Assembly (NCBI RefSeq): GCF_036321535.1
Contig: NC_087437.1
Span: 28,832,001-28,896,000, forward strand
DNA from: Camelus dromedarius
Lineage: Eukaryota
DNA: 64,000 nt
Direction: 5' to 3'
The translations under genes were made by a program, and so were the position numbers. Below the pieces are notes generated by a model. The model was not told the origin of the DNA, did no database searches, and worked only from the letters and a program-made list of their open reading frames with translations. Below, piece after piece: positions 52,231 to 64,000 of the stretch (its first letter is position 1; every line of letters starts with the position of its first letter).

Positions 52231-52804
52231 TTTCCCAGACTGACCTTCAGTTTAAAGAGAGAAATTCTATGTGATTGTGTTTAACTCCTACTTTCCTTCT
52301 CAGAAGCTACTGACATCATTACTTCTCTTACAAAGTCTCCATATTCTCTATTCTGTTCCATGAGAAGAAAGTTAGATTTCTTTCCCTTCGAAATAGTTGC
52401 CACACATTGCTATTAGAATCATATCTGGTACAAAACATCGTCATAGTGCCACAGTCAAAGAGCTGAGCAATATTTCAGGAGGATGGTTTTAAAGCTTACG
52501 AAACAGGAGTTACATCTGTTCCAGTAAGTGAATCAGCAAGATGCTAATGAGGTTAGAAAGGGGACTGGTCGGGTCACAAAGGATTGAAGAGAGGACTGGC
52601 TAAGTTCCCTTCCGACACAGAACATCAGAACACTCTGATTCTCAGCTGTTGTGTGCAGAGTTCGGGAAGTGGGTCATCTCTTTCAGAATAAGTTACTTTG
52701 TCAACTGAGTGATTATTACCCAAGTATAATAAAAATGACATAAAAATTCCTGAGACTCCAAAATTAAGCAATTGACAAGTCTAGGTGCTAACAGCATAGA
52801 CGTA

Positions 52805-53035
52805 GTGTAGGGATGGTAGTTAGGGTGAGATGCTCTGGTGCCAGATGCCCGAGTTAGAATCCCTACTGAGTTAGGAGCCTACTTCTTGCTATTAACCTGA
52901 GGCAACCTCTCGTGCTTCTGTTTCCTCACTTGCAAGATGGGCATGATCTTATCGACTATTAAGGATAAAATGAGTAAATTCTCTTAAAGCCCTTGGAAAA
53001 GTCCCTTGCTTGTAGCACTCAATAAACGTTAGCTG
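52805..53035 (+). mobile_element. MIR SINE
   Basis: gctctggtgccagatgcccgagttagaatccc...ctgtttcctcacttgcaagatggg...agcactcaataaacgttagct. Confidence 0.75.
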
Positions 53036-53234
53036 TGAAAGTAGTAGAAGCAACTCTGCCTGTGAGTGCCTACATACACAAAACATGCATGAAACAATTT
53101 CATTTTACAAATTATATACATAACTGGCTTTGTAAGTTTACGTAAATGCAAAAAAATTACGCCCCTTCTATAGCTAAAGCACTCATTCCTGTTCTTTAAA
53201 TGATCTTTAAATACAGAATATTAGGGTGAGACAC

Positions 53235-53706
53235 TGTGCTGGCCAGCCTCCATCTGTCCCTCCAGATTTATTCCCCACTCTTTCCTGCCTTACTGTGCCC
53301 CATTAAGCTCTACTCTCTTCAACACCTGCTCTCCCACTCTCTGGCTTCCTGTGGGTTTGGTCAATGGAAGATACTGTTTAATTCTTACTTGCACTCTCAC
53401 AGGCTGCTGAGATCAGAGTTTGGAAGGAGAGAAGGGTCAGAGTCTCTCCCTCCCCATTTCCTCCCTCCTTTGTCAAGGTTTCAGCTGTGAACGTGTTCCT
53501 CCACGTCAGGGGCAGCCCCCTCATACGGCCAACACCAGGTCTATAAGCCTTCCTTCCCCTACGCCTTCCAATTTAGAGGTGATAACACCATCCCACTGTT
53601 CCTAGTCCCTGAGTAAAGGTGCTTCATGATCCCCTGTCCCCTTGTCTTTTTTATTAAATATTATTCAATAATTTTTTTCCATCTGCTGTGGGTTTTGACT
53701 TATACA
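53235..53706 (+). mobile_element. ERVL solo LTR (LTR33-like)
   Basis: tgtgctgg...ctctggcttcctgtgggtttggtcaatgg...gagatcagag...attaaa...tgacttataca. Confidence 0.7.
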
Positions 53707-53939
53707 GATACCTTCAGTTTAATTACATGTTTAACATGATAGTATTCTTAGAGGTCACCTTTGATCATCCTACTTCTGAGTTACATATTTCATATCACAG
53801 TATACCTATTTAGAATTACAAAATAAATTAACTGAGAATTATCATAATGCCCAGATAGTTTAACTTTGCCCCAATACAGGAGTTCTTTCTGTATATTGTA
53901 AGATTTTTTTAAGTTGCAAGTATATTATTACTATTATTC

Positions 53940-54520
53940 AAGAATAAATCTGAAAACACTAATTCAGAAAGACACATGCATTCCAATATCCATAGCAGCA
54001 TTATTTACAATAGCCAAGATACAGAAGTAAGTTGAGTGTCCATCAATAAATGAATGGGTAAAAAAGACATTATATATACATAAAATGGGATACTACTCAG
54101 CCATTAAAAAGAATGCAACTCTGCCATTTGCAACAATGTGGATGGACTTAGATGGTAGTACGTTTTGTGAAGTAAGTCACACAGATAAAGACAAATACTC
54201 TATGTTATCACTTACATGTAGAATCTAAAAAACAAAGCAAATAAATAAATATAACAAAATAGAAACAGACTCACAGATGTGAACAAAATAGGGGTTACTA
54301 GTGGGTAGATGGGGCAAAACAGCAATAGGGGATTAAAAGATACAAACTACTACGTATAACATAAATACCCAATAAGGATGAATTGTGCACTTCAGGGAAA
54401 CACAGCCATTATTTTGTAATAACTTTAAATAGAGTATAATCTGTATATATTGAATCACTATCTTGTATATGTGAAACTAATATAGTATTATAAATCAACT
54501 ATATTTCAATAAAAACAAAA
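53940..54520 (+). mobile_element. L1 3' end (ORF2 C-terminus + 3' UTR + A tail)
   Basis: catagcagcattatttacaatagccaagat...ctgccatttgcaacaatgtggatggac...aatcaactatatttcaataaaaacaaaaa. Confidence 0.9.
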
Positions 54521-54630
54521 AGTAAGTCTAAATATTGATTACTTAAAAGTGATCTCTAAGACACTACCAGAAAAACAAGTAAAGCCATAAATGGGAGTGT
54601 AGCAAACTTTTTTGCCCTGTCATGAAGGTT

Positions 54631-54921
54631 AAACACAAAACGAAAACAGACTCATAGACATAGAATACAAACTTGTGGTTGCCAGGGTGACAGGGGGTGG
54701 GAAGGGACAGACTGGGATTTCAAAATGTAAAACAGATAAACAAGACTGTACTGTGTAGCACAGGGAAATATATACAGGATCTTGTGGTGGCTCACAGCGA
54801 AAGAGAATGTGACAATGAATGTATGTATGTTCACGTATGACTGAAAAATTGTGCTCTACACTGGAATTTGACACAACATTGTAAAATGACTATAACTCAA
54901 TTAAAAAAATGTTTAAAAAAA
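54631..54921 (+). mobile_element. Younger lineage-specific L1 3' UTR end with A tail (copy 2)
   Basis: Same family as 43997-44290; both contain gactgggatttcaaaa and atttgacacaacattgtaaaatga. Confidence 0.88.
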
Positions 54922-55979
54922 CCCCTGACTCATCCAGTTATTGGCATCATCATGGATGGCATAAAACCAGATAGCTGTAATCTCATTATAAGTAAATTAT
55001 CCCAGTCAATTCTTGGGTGTTCTCCCACATAAAGATATAGTCTGAAAAATATCAGTAGCTAAGTATTTTTACATATAAGGAAGAGTAAATTGAAAGATTA
55101 ACTTTTTCTTTGTCCTGAAGCCAAGAAGCTGAATTACTACTATTCTAGAGAAGTGAGGCAAACACATTGAATTGAGGAAACAGTATGTTATCCAAATATA
55201 GCTCCCGTAAGAATGTGACTTACCAAACTAGTTGGTTTGACAACTTCTATAGGATATTTAACAACATCTCAGAAGAGAGACCAGAACCACAGTATTAAAG
55301 ACTGCATAACCACTTTGAGTTTTTCTGCCACCCTTTCCATTCTATCCATTTACTGAAAATGGACAGAAAATAAAGTATCTCTTAAATGGTGGTTAGAGAG
55401 GCAAATGAAACTTGGTTCAGCTATACTAGGAAGACTCATGAGTATACTCACTTTATATCAGAAAAAATGTCTGAATAGAACTGCCCAATTATGAGCAATG
55501 TGAAAGAAAGTACCAAAGCAAATATGCAAACATATAGCAAAACAAAAAATACACAGAGAAGAGGAAGAAAGCTAGCAAGAAAGGAACATGACTTTCAAAG
55601 GAAAATAAGGACCCTAAATGTAAAAGAAAACATACTTCAAAGCACAAGAAAATTGATCACAATGATCTTACCTTAGAGAATAACTTAGTAAGAATATGAA
55701 TTCAAAAGCTCAAAGATAAGATGATGAACAATAAAAATAGAGGAAAAGGGGAGATGCATATTTAAGAAAATAAAAGAAGGCTATAAACATAATCACAGAA
55801 ATCAGTAAATTAAAGAAGATAAAGTTAAAATAAACTTCACTAAAAATTTAAATACTGACCTAGAAGGTTTGAGCTGATTTTACTAAATGCATATGAAAGA
55901 GGCCCCCCAAATTAAAGCAATCACAGAAGACAAAGAAATTCAACATAAGAATATAGAGCACTCCTCCCTTGTTGGTCAC

Positions 55980-56962
55980 ATAATTTGCAAATATGTTCCA
56001 AAATATATAAACAGCCCATACAGCTTAATATAAACAAACAAAAAACCCAATAAATAGACATTTCTCTAAAGAAGACACACAGATGTGCCAACAGGCACAT
56101 TAATAGATGCTCATCAAAACTAATTATTAGCGAAATGCAAATCAAAACCATAATGAGGCATCACCTCACACCAGTCAGAATGGGCATCATTAAAAAGTCT
56201 ACAAATAATAAGTGTTGAAGAGGGTGTAGAGAAAAAGAAACCCTTCCACACTGTTGGTTGGAATGTAAATTGGTGCAGCCACTATGGAGAACATTATGGA
56301 GTTCCTTAAAGAATGAAAAATAGAGTTTCCATATGATCCAACAATCCCACTCTTGATAAAAATGACATCCAGATAAAACTATAACTTGAAAAGATACATG
56401 CAGCCCAGTGTTCACAGCAGCACTATTTACAATAGCCAAGACATGGAAGCAACCTAAATGTTTATCAACAGATGAATGGATAAGTAAGTTGTGGTATATA
56501 TACACAATGAAATATTACTTAGGCATAAAAAGGAATGAAATAATTCCATTTGTAGCAACATGGATGGACATAGAGATTATCATATTAAGTGAAGTCAGAT
56601 AGAGAAAGACAAATATCACATGATAGCACTTTTATGTGGAATCTAAAAAAAAATGATATAAATGAACTTATTTATAAACCAGAAACATACTCACAGGGGT
56701 GCTGGGGAGAGACAAATTAGGAGTTTGGGATTAACATATACATGCTATTATATGTAAAATAGATAAACAATAAGGACCTACTGTATAGCACAGGGAACTA
56801 TATTCAATCTATATTACTATACTATTTTATCTGGTAATAACCCATAATGGAAAAGAACCTGAAAATGAATATATATACATATATGTGTGTAACTGAATCA
56901 CTTTGCTGTACAGCTGACATTAACACAACACTGTAAATCAACTATACTTCAATTTAAAAAAA
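55980..56962 (+). mobile_element. L1 3' portion (ORF2 C-terminal domain + 3' UTR)
   Basis: ORF 56408-56602 [18 protein letters not shown]...DEWI..LWYIYTM...ATWMDIEIIILSE is the L1 ORF2p C-terminus. Ends gtaaatcaactatacttcaatttaaaaaa. Confidence 0.95.
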
Positions 56963-57031
56963 TATACATCTAGTACTCCTCAAATGAGGAATCTGACCAA
57001 AGAAAAGCAGATGCATCTATAAAGAAAAGAA

Positions 57032-57478
57032 TGTTGCCTGTCATTCCAGTTCTACAAGGATGAAGCCATGAGACACCACAGTTGCCCACCAAGAAGTGCA
57101 CCCCGAGGGTAATTCACAATGAAGAAAAACAGGAAGCATTCTGTGCCTTGGATATACCGGCCCCTAGATAGTTAAGATGCATATCTAAGGAAAAATTTCA
57201 ATGACCCCAGATTCTTGCATCTTCCCATACATAGAAAAGCCCTAAAATCATTAACTAGAGATGTCTGTTCTTTGTAATAAGCAATAATTTTTTGATATTC
57301 TACTACATGTTTTTTTCCAGTAAAAAATTCACATACATCCTGGTTCCTCCCTTACCTCTTTGGAGTTGTTCCTCATAGCTATCTGAGAGCTTATCTCCCA
57401 GGCTATAGTCCTCAGTAAGGTCCCCAAATAAAACTTAACTTGCAACTTTTACATTGTGCATTTTTCTTTCAGCCAACA
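57032..57478 (+). mobile_element. Solo LTR, probably ERV1 class
   Basis: Termini tgttgcctg ... cagccaaca form an 8/9 inverted repeat. AATAAA at ~57427 lies about 50 nt from the 3' end. Length 447 bp. No clean TSD. Confidence 0.7.
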
Positions 57479-57721
57479 TAAAAAATTTTTCCTGAAATGA
57501 AGCACATATACTCTCTCTCTCTACACACACACACACAAACACACTTATTTAAGTGTGGAATGAATGACTTTCACCTAAACATATTAATGACCACTACCAG
57601 AAGGTCAAATTTGGAATGATTTTAAAATATTTATATCATTTTTACTTTTCTAACTTGTTTAAGGTAAATATGTTTCATCTTTATTTTGAAAATTGATTAC
57701 CTGAAATATTAGGTGATATAT

Positions 57722-58162
57722 TGAAGCAGACATTGTCAGTGCTCCAACCACATCCCTCTAACCCTTCTGTGTGCTCCAGCTGACTCCCTACTGTCACTAT
57801 CCACACTCCTGTGCCCAAGTGCCATCCCCCTTCAACTGTGGAGGCTGCTGTGCCCCTCTGCTCACAGTGATTCAGAAGTACTGAGAGATTAACATGCACC
57901 CCAGCAGCCCTAAAACCAGCCCCCTTGAACTTTAGGTTCTGGATTCTTGAGAACTGTGTTTCATACCACTTCCCAGAGTCTTTCCAAAGGATTAACTCCA
58001 GGTACCCACCACAGAGGCAGATTGACTAAAGTACTCTTCCTCTTGTTTTCCCTTCCCCCACTGTCCCACAGCCCTGCTGGTGTCCCCTGCTCAACTCAAA
58101 CAAACTATTTGCCCTCAAGTCATTATCTTGAGATCTTCATCTGGAAGAAAACAAACTAATAT
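57722..58162 (+). mobile_element. ERVL solo LTR (LTR16-like)
   Basis: tgaagcagacattgtcagtgc...cttcccagagtctttccaaaggattaactccagg...ctatttgccctcaagtcattatcttgagatc...aaactaatata. Confidence 0.7.
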
Positions 58163-60989
58163 ATACATTGTGTACAAATAAACACTAGAATTTCAAAAGT
58201 GTGGCAAAATGATTCTGAGTAATGAGTATAATTGTTATTTTAAGGTTTTTCTTCACTGTTTTTATTTTTTCTATTGTAAAGAAAAATTATAAATTAAAGG
58301 GGAGCAAAAGATACAGACTAAAACATTGAAGCAAACATCATTAATATAAAACAGCAACCAATGTCTACAACTAAGCAACACTGTAAGTTGTCAGCACGTT
58401 CTGCTCCTTAAAAACATTTCCTTTCTGCAAAATTAATATTACATGGCAAGTCTTGGGGGCAAAGCTACCCACCCCTGTACCTAGGTCTGTATCTTCTTCC
58501 CTATTTTCCTCTCTTCCTCTATCAACTGTTTTGATCCTGTTAATCTCTTGGTACCATATCTACTTCTGTGCTTATTAGTGCAATATATATATCACTAAAA
58601 GCCTTTTTTAAAAAAAGAATAGTACAAATTCATGAATACTATTTATTTTAATTCAATAATTTTATAAAATATATCCAAAAACATAATGGGGTATATTCAA
58701 GATCAACAGCTACTCAAAAGCAGCTAGAACTGGAACCAAACCAGGTCTCCTGAATTCTAGCCTAATTATTTCCAAAATACTTCATTCCAAATCTTCTAAA
58801 TCTATTTTGCTATCCAGATGCCTGGTAGACAGTGATGTCAGGTAAACAGGCAGGAGGCCAGGAAAAGGTGATCAGAGGCAAAAGCAATAGGTAGACCTTA
58901 AAAAGGTAAAGATCACAATGGCCTACTCAGGATTGAACATGATTCACTGATTTCTACTAGACGGAAATGGGTGGGTCTGATGGACAGAATGGGAGTGTTT
59001 ATGCAACGAGCAGCAAGTCTGAACGAGCTAAACCCAGCACATCCATCCAGTTTCTCTCTAGGTGAAGGTTTAATCTCAGTCCTTACCACAACTCCTCTCC
59101 CTCTTTTGTCCCAGAAGTTCAAGGCTCTGCAGTTAAGAAAAATACACCATGAAAGCTTTCAGATGTTTTGAAATAAATTTCAAAGGACAAATACTTCTTC
59201 CACAACCCTAATGTCATGCTGAGGTTGGATTCTTCAGAAGTAACTGCCTGCAAATTAAGGATGGGAAAACAAAGTCATGGCTCTCCGTGCTTCTCAAGGA
59301 CAAAGAAAGGCTAAAAGTTATCTCCCATTAGTGAATTACTGTATGTTTTGGACAGTGTACTTTTATCTATTTTTTCTTCAGAAGAAACACACAGACAAAA
59401 ACAAAATTACTATTTATCATATGACATTTAAGGTCAAACAAGGTCATAAAAGTTCACAAATAGAAGGGTACCACATGAAAGTGGCATATTTATATTTTGT
59501 TGCCTGTCACAATCTTCTCCAGCTAAACTTTGAAATCAAAGTGCTCACGTTATGCATTCATGAATTGCACTCACAATTTGTTGAATTATATATTATACAT
59601 AATATAGTACCAGCAGCATGAGCGATTTAGAGACAAGAAAAACACTAACCTAGCAGACAGAAATTTATTCTGCATTCTGGTGAAGACTGTAACTGGGGTA
59701 ACAAAAATAAAAATAAATAAATGCTTTTGAAAGATTAGCTCTATTAATAAACTCAAAAGTTCACACTGGAGTAAACCACATCATCTGATCGCCCACAATG
59801 CCTTTTGTTTCCTTCCTATTTCTCTTGAGTGTGTTTGAATGCTTTGTTTTAAAGATCCAGTCTTGATTTGACTGTATTGACAGAATTAAGGAAGGAAGTA
59901 AAAGAAAATCTATCTTCAGACTAAAACATTTAAGAAAGAGGATCTCTTTTTAGGTCCCCACACTGTTGGCTGTGACCCATACAAGACTATCCCGAGAGGA
60001 AGGGAAATGATGGCAGACCAGACCTCACAACTTCAAATCCATCTTCACACCCCACAGGTGAAGTTCTTCTCTCTTTACTCATCTTGAGAAATCTGAATTT
60101 GCTTTTAATAAACCAACTTTAGATATTCCTAGTTAAAGAAAAAAAAAACACCAATGCCTGATGTAAGTACAGAGGAAAAAGTGATTACTTCTAGTTAGAC
60201 AGTCAAGCGAGGAACGCTCATCAAAAGATTCAATGTTTGAGCTTAGACCTAAAGAATTTCGACAATGAATATGTGGGAGGGACAGTCCAGCTTAAGGCAG
60301 CAGCACCAGCTAAGGCACAGGGGTATGGAAAAGACAATCGAAGAATAACTCATATTCCATTATGGCTGATTCTGATGTCTCTAGCCTGGACAAATAGGTG
60401 AATAATGTGCTATTAACTAGGACCGAAGCAAAGATGATGAATTTGGTTTGGGAAATTACCAGCTAAGAAAAGTCCAGTCTTAGAGTCAGCATGCATGTCT
60501 CTTCCCAACTCTGAGTTCAATGTTGTTAAGATAGTAGTTAGAAATAGGCCACGATGAAATTATTTGCAGTATAGAAATTGACAAATTCTACAAAGAACTC
60601 TTTTTTTGAGAGCCAGCTTACCAGCATATCACTGGTTGGTGTAATAGTGAGAGATCTCTTTGAAGCTTGCCAATCAGATGAAGGACTCAGGGGACAAGTC
60701 AGGGCCAGAGACAGGGCCTTTGAACCGTCATAAAAAATACCTAAAAATGTAAAGAATTTTACGTATCTTGGGAGAGACTGCATTGTGAGAAACTGAATAG
60801 AAACCAGGTAGATCCTTGAGGAATATTTACTTAAAAGAGGTACATAGAGAAAGGTCTTGTAAAGGAGAAAGAAGAATTATAGAAGTAGAAAAAAAACACC
60901 AGAATAGGTAAATCCATCAGTGATTAAAAACCAAAGAGTTAGTGGAGCAGAACCAATGGCCATTATTACCATCATCACCACCACCATCA

Positions 60990-61210
60990 CCACCAGAGCA
61001 GCCCATATTTATTGAACTATTTATGCCAAGAAAGGTACTATGTATTTTTTATGTGTCTAATTTAAATTCCAAAAATCATAATGAGTAAATACTACCATTT
61101 TTATTTGACATAGGAGGAAGCTGAGGTTTACAATGTTCAAATAATTTGTGCAACGTGAAAATGGCATAGACAAGACTCAGACTAAGGTTTGACTCAGCCT
61201 GAACTTTGTT
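60990..61210 (-). mobile_element. MIR SINE
   Basis: gcagcccatatttattgaactatttatgccaag...gaggaagctgaggttt. Confidence 0.65.
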
Positions 61211-61889
61211 TTCAGAGCCAATTTGAATTTATTTCAGAGATCATTCAATTGTAACAGACCATCGAAACCTCATACAGCTCTCCTTCCTGATTTTGGCCCT
61301 ATCTTCACCAATAAAAAATACCGTAGAAAAGTATAAAACAGAGAAGAAGCTGTATCTTTCTTTTTAGCTCACAGTTCCAACCAACAATAAATTAAAAACT
61401 CAGAAACTGAAGAGACTTAAATAAAACAAGATTTTAGAGTTTTCTGTGAACATTAATTATCCAGAGTACATTTTCCCAATTACCACAGCTAATTAAAAGT
61501 TTGGACATTATCCACTGCTTTATTTAAAGCACTCCTTTTTATTCCTCATCTGGCTGGCTTTATAATATAATAGAGGCTCCCCAGTAAGTTGGCTTAACTT
61601 AGTCTTTGTAAATTTTAAATGTGAAAATCTTAAAAACATAAAGAAAGGCTTTTTAATAAGTAAGTAGTTGAGGGTGAAAATTGTCAGTCTTAAGTTATTT
61701 AGATGATTATAGTGCTTCTTTTGATACCTGAGTGCCTCTGAAATTTTACTGTTTTTTTAAAAGTATATCCTGTAGGATTTTTACTTTATTCTTATCAAAA
61801 TTTAAATTCTTTCCATTTTTTTTCTGCATTTGTTGCTCACATATTGGCTCCAGTTATGTATGATACAAGACAGGCCTATAATAATATAA

Positions 61890-62125
61890 GGTAAGACTTT
61901 CATAGCTCTTATTTTGTGATGGGCACTGTTCTATGGGTTTTCCATATATTAGCCAATTTGCTACAACATCCCTATGTGGTAAGTACTTTCCATTATGCTT
62001 ACTTTACAGATGGAAAAATAGAGGTATAATTAAGCATCGTGACCAAGATTTCACTGTTAGTAAATAGAGGAGCAGTGATTCAAACCCAAGCAGTGTACTT
62101 CCAGAGAATATTCTCTTTACCACCA
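61890..62125 (-). mobile_element. MIR SINE
   Basis: gggcactgttcta...ttttacagatggaaaaatagagg...gattcaaacccaagcagtgtacttccagag. Confidence 0.8.
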
Positions 62126-64000
62126 GACAAGAGTCTTTTATAAAATCAACACTATTATTATAAAAGCTGGCATACAGATTATTAAATTTGATTTTATAAT
62201 ATACAAATTAGTCCCCTTTCTAATAAATTTTACTTTATAAATATAGCTGAAATCAGAAATTGGGGGAACTCAAAGGTGATTTATCTAATTACCTTTCAAC
62301 AAAGTAGACAAAATACTGTATGAACATTTTAAGACATGTCTTCGATGCATAATTCATTAACTTATTTAAAGCCAGTAAAATATATTATAAACATCCAAAA
62401 ACTGTTTCTGAATTTTTTTCTAGAATGCCTAGAATATATTCCCTATAATTTGCTACAGAAGCATTATTATACATACACTCTCAACGTGGAACTAAATCTA
62501 CCTTGCTATAATTGTTTATCTTTGCTTTTATAACATATTCACCATTACCTATTATTGATACAATGCTGAGGTTAAAGTCAAGGAACACTTTCAATTACAT
62601 GCAGCACCAATGGAAAACTATAGCTCACTTTAGAGCAATTCTGTTAAGTTCTTGTTTTCAGTCTTCACTTAACATATTGCTAGAATTAAGGTAAGAGGTG
62701 AAAAATCCAAATTCAGATCAAAATATTAAAGGTAGAAAAATTCCAACTTCTCCATCGTTTAAATGAAAAACAGTCTTTTCAGGAACCTGTCTGACATTCT
62801 GTAGGCAACATCCTGGAATAAAAGTAAAATGTGTTCACTTTTCCTTTGGATGTCTGGGACTGGACAGATACTGTCAACATTAGTCTTGTGGTAGAATGTA
62901 TGTGTTTTGAAATACGGCTGCTAGGACAATTACTCATTTTCACTTTATCTTAGCTGATCTGTGGCACACAACTTGTCACACAACCATAATTACGAGGGAG
63001 AGTTCTCTTTTATTGAGTAATAGTTGCTGTGTAAAATATCTTACTCTTTTGTGAGTAATGGCAATTGCAGTTAATTGCTATAGCTAATAACTAACTTCTC
63101 AACATGATCAAGGTTTCCTCTTCGTGTTAATTCTCTTCCATTTGCTGCCAAGTCAATCTTGCTTTTCTGAGTAATGTAAACTGGCACCGAGATTTGGGAG
63201 GTATGCATTTCAATCCTGATTCTGCTAGAGATTGTTCAGCAGGACACACTCGTGGTTTTTTGCACCTGCTTCCTTCCCTTTGAATTCAAGATCTCTCAGA
63301 GGAGGATATACATCGACTCATTAAAAATTCTCTAACTGAAGGAGTTTCAAGGGCTTTTCACTAATTACAGACTTGAGAAGTGTATAAATTACAAACATTC
63401 ACACTTTTAGGACAACTAAATCACTGAACCAAATCAGCATTTTTAAATTCAATAATATAGGGTGAGGTCTAGTAGAAAAATTGCCTTAGGGTCAGGAATC
63501 CACTGAGTAAAACTTCAAATTCTGAGTTAGTCCCAATGTTTTAATCCTACATTATTTGTTCCCTGAAATCCTTATTGTCAAAAGTGCCTTGTCTTAGTTT
63601 GTGACAAAGATTGAAATATCTTCTGAAAGATAGAGCTTTACCTCTTCCTGTTTTGACACACAAAGTTGTAAAAATACACAGAACTTTATCTTACTATCTG
63701 AGCTCTGTTTTCTCTTTTAAATTACATTGCTGGTTCTTTCCCTCCACTACCAATTACACTAATGAAATCGAAATGGTGAACAGAAAAATTCCTGTGAAGG
63801 AGAATCACTCCAGGGATCTTGGAATCCACTAACTTCCAGGTGAAGGGGGCCCTCATGATTCTCTGTGGTATTCGAAACAATAGTCTTGAGAGTTCATAAA
63901 CCTCACCAGTCTTTCTTCTTCAGTAAAACATACCAAAAGTTTGCAACATGTATGAAAGCCCAGAGCCTAATAACCAGTTTTCCTGCCATCAACTCTCACT

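Noticed and set aside
56408..56602. Well-formed 64-aa ORF
   Set aside because: It is the L1 ORF2p C-terminal remnant
3780..58300. Apparent L1 strand switch around P2RY1 (minus upstream, plus downstream)
   Set aside because: Small sample noticed after the fact; probable plus-strand old L1 ends at ~4220-4370 and ~20450-20700 and a minus fragment at ~36170 break the pattern
2501..61198. Scattered AP-1 (TGAGTCA/TGACTCA) and GATA motifs
   Set aside because: Short motifs are expected by chance in 64 kb, and no convincing cluster is visible without chromatin data

Overview
Mammalian, AT-rich, repeat-dense genomic DNA. It is very likely camelid, judging from a Vic-1-type tRNA-derived SINE and a distinctive young L1 3' end. 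The only supportable protein-coding gene is P2RY1 (purinergic receptor P2Y1), with an intronless CDS at 30244-31368 (+, 374 aa). It sits under a ~1.7 kb CpG island and is followed by a probable long AT-rich 3' UTR with several AATAAA signals out to ~35865. The rest is intergenic sequence with decayed L1, L2, MIR, MaLR/ERVL/ERV1 solo LTRs, hAT MITEs and simple repeats. The other ORFs in the track are noise or LINE fragments. I found no evidence of a new multi-gene system. The best second-look items are a diverged ~150 bp direct duplication straddling the likely distal polyA site, a uATG/uORF-rich leader with a possible 5' UTR intron, a MYC-Pu27-like G-quadruplex at the island edge, a twin-primed (5'-inverted) L1, and a SINE whose target-site duplication (TSD) records reciprocal CpG decay. 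Repeat subfamily names come from recalled consensus sequences, and repeat boundaries are approximate.
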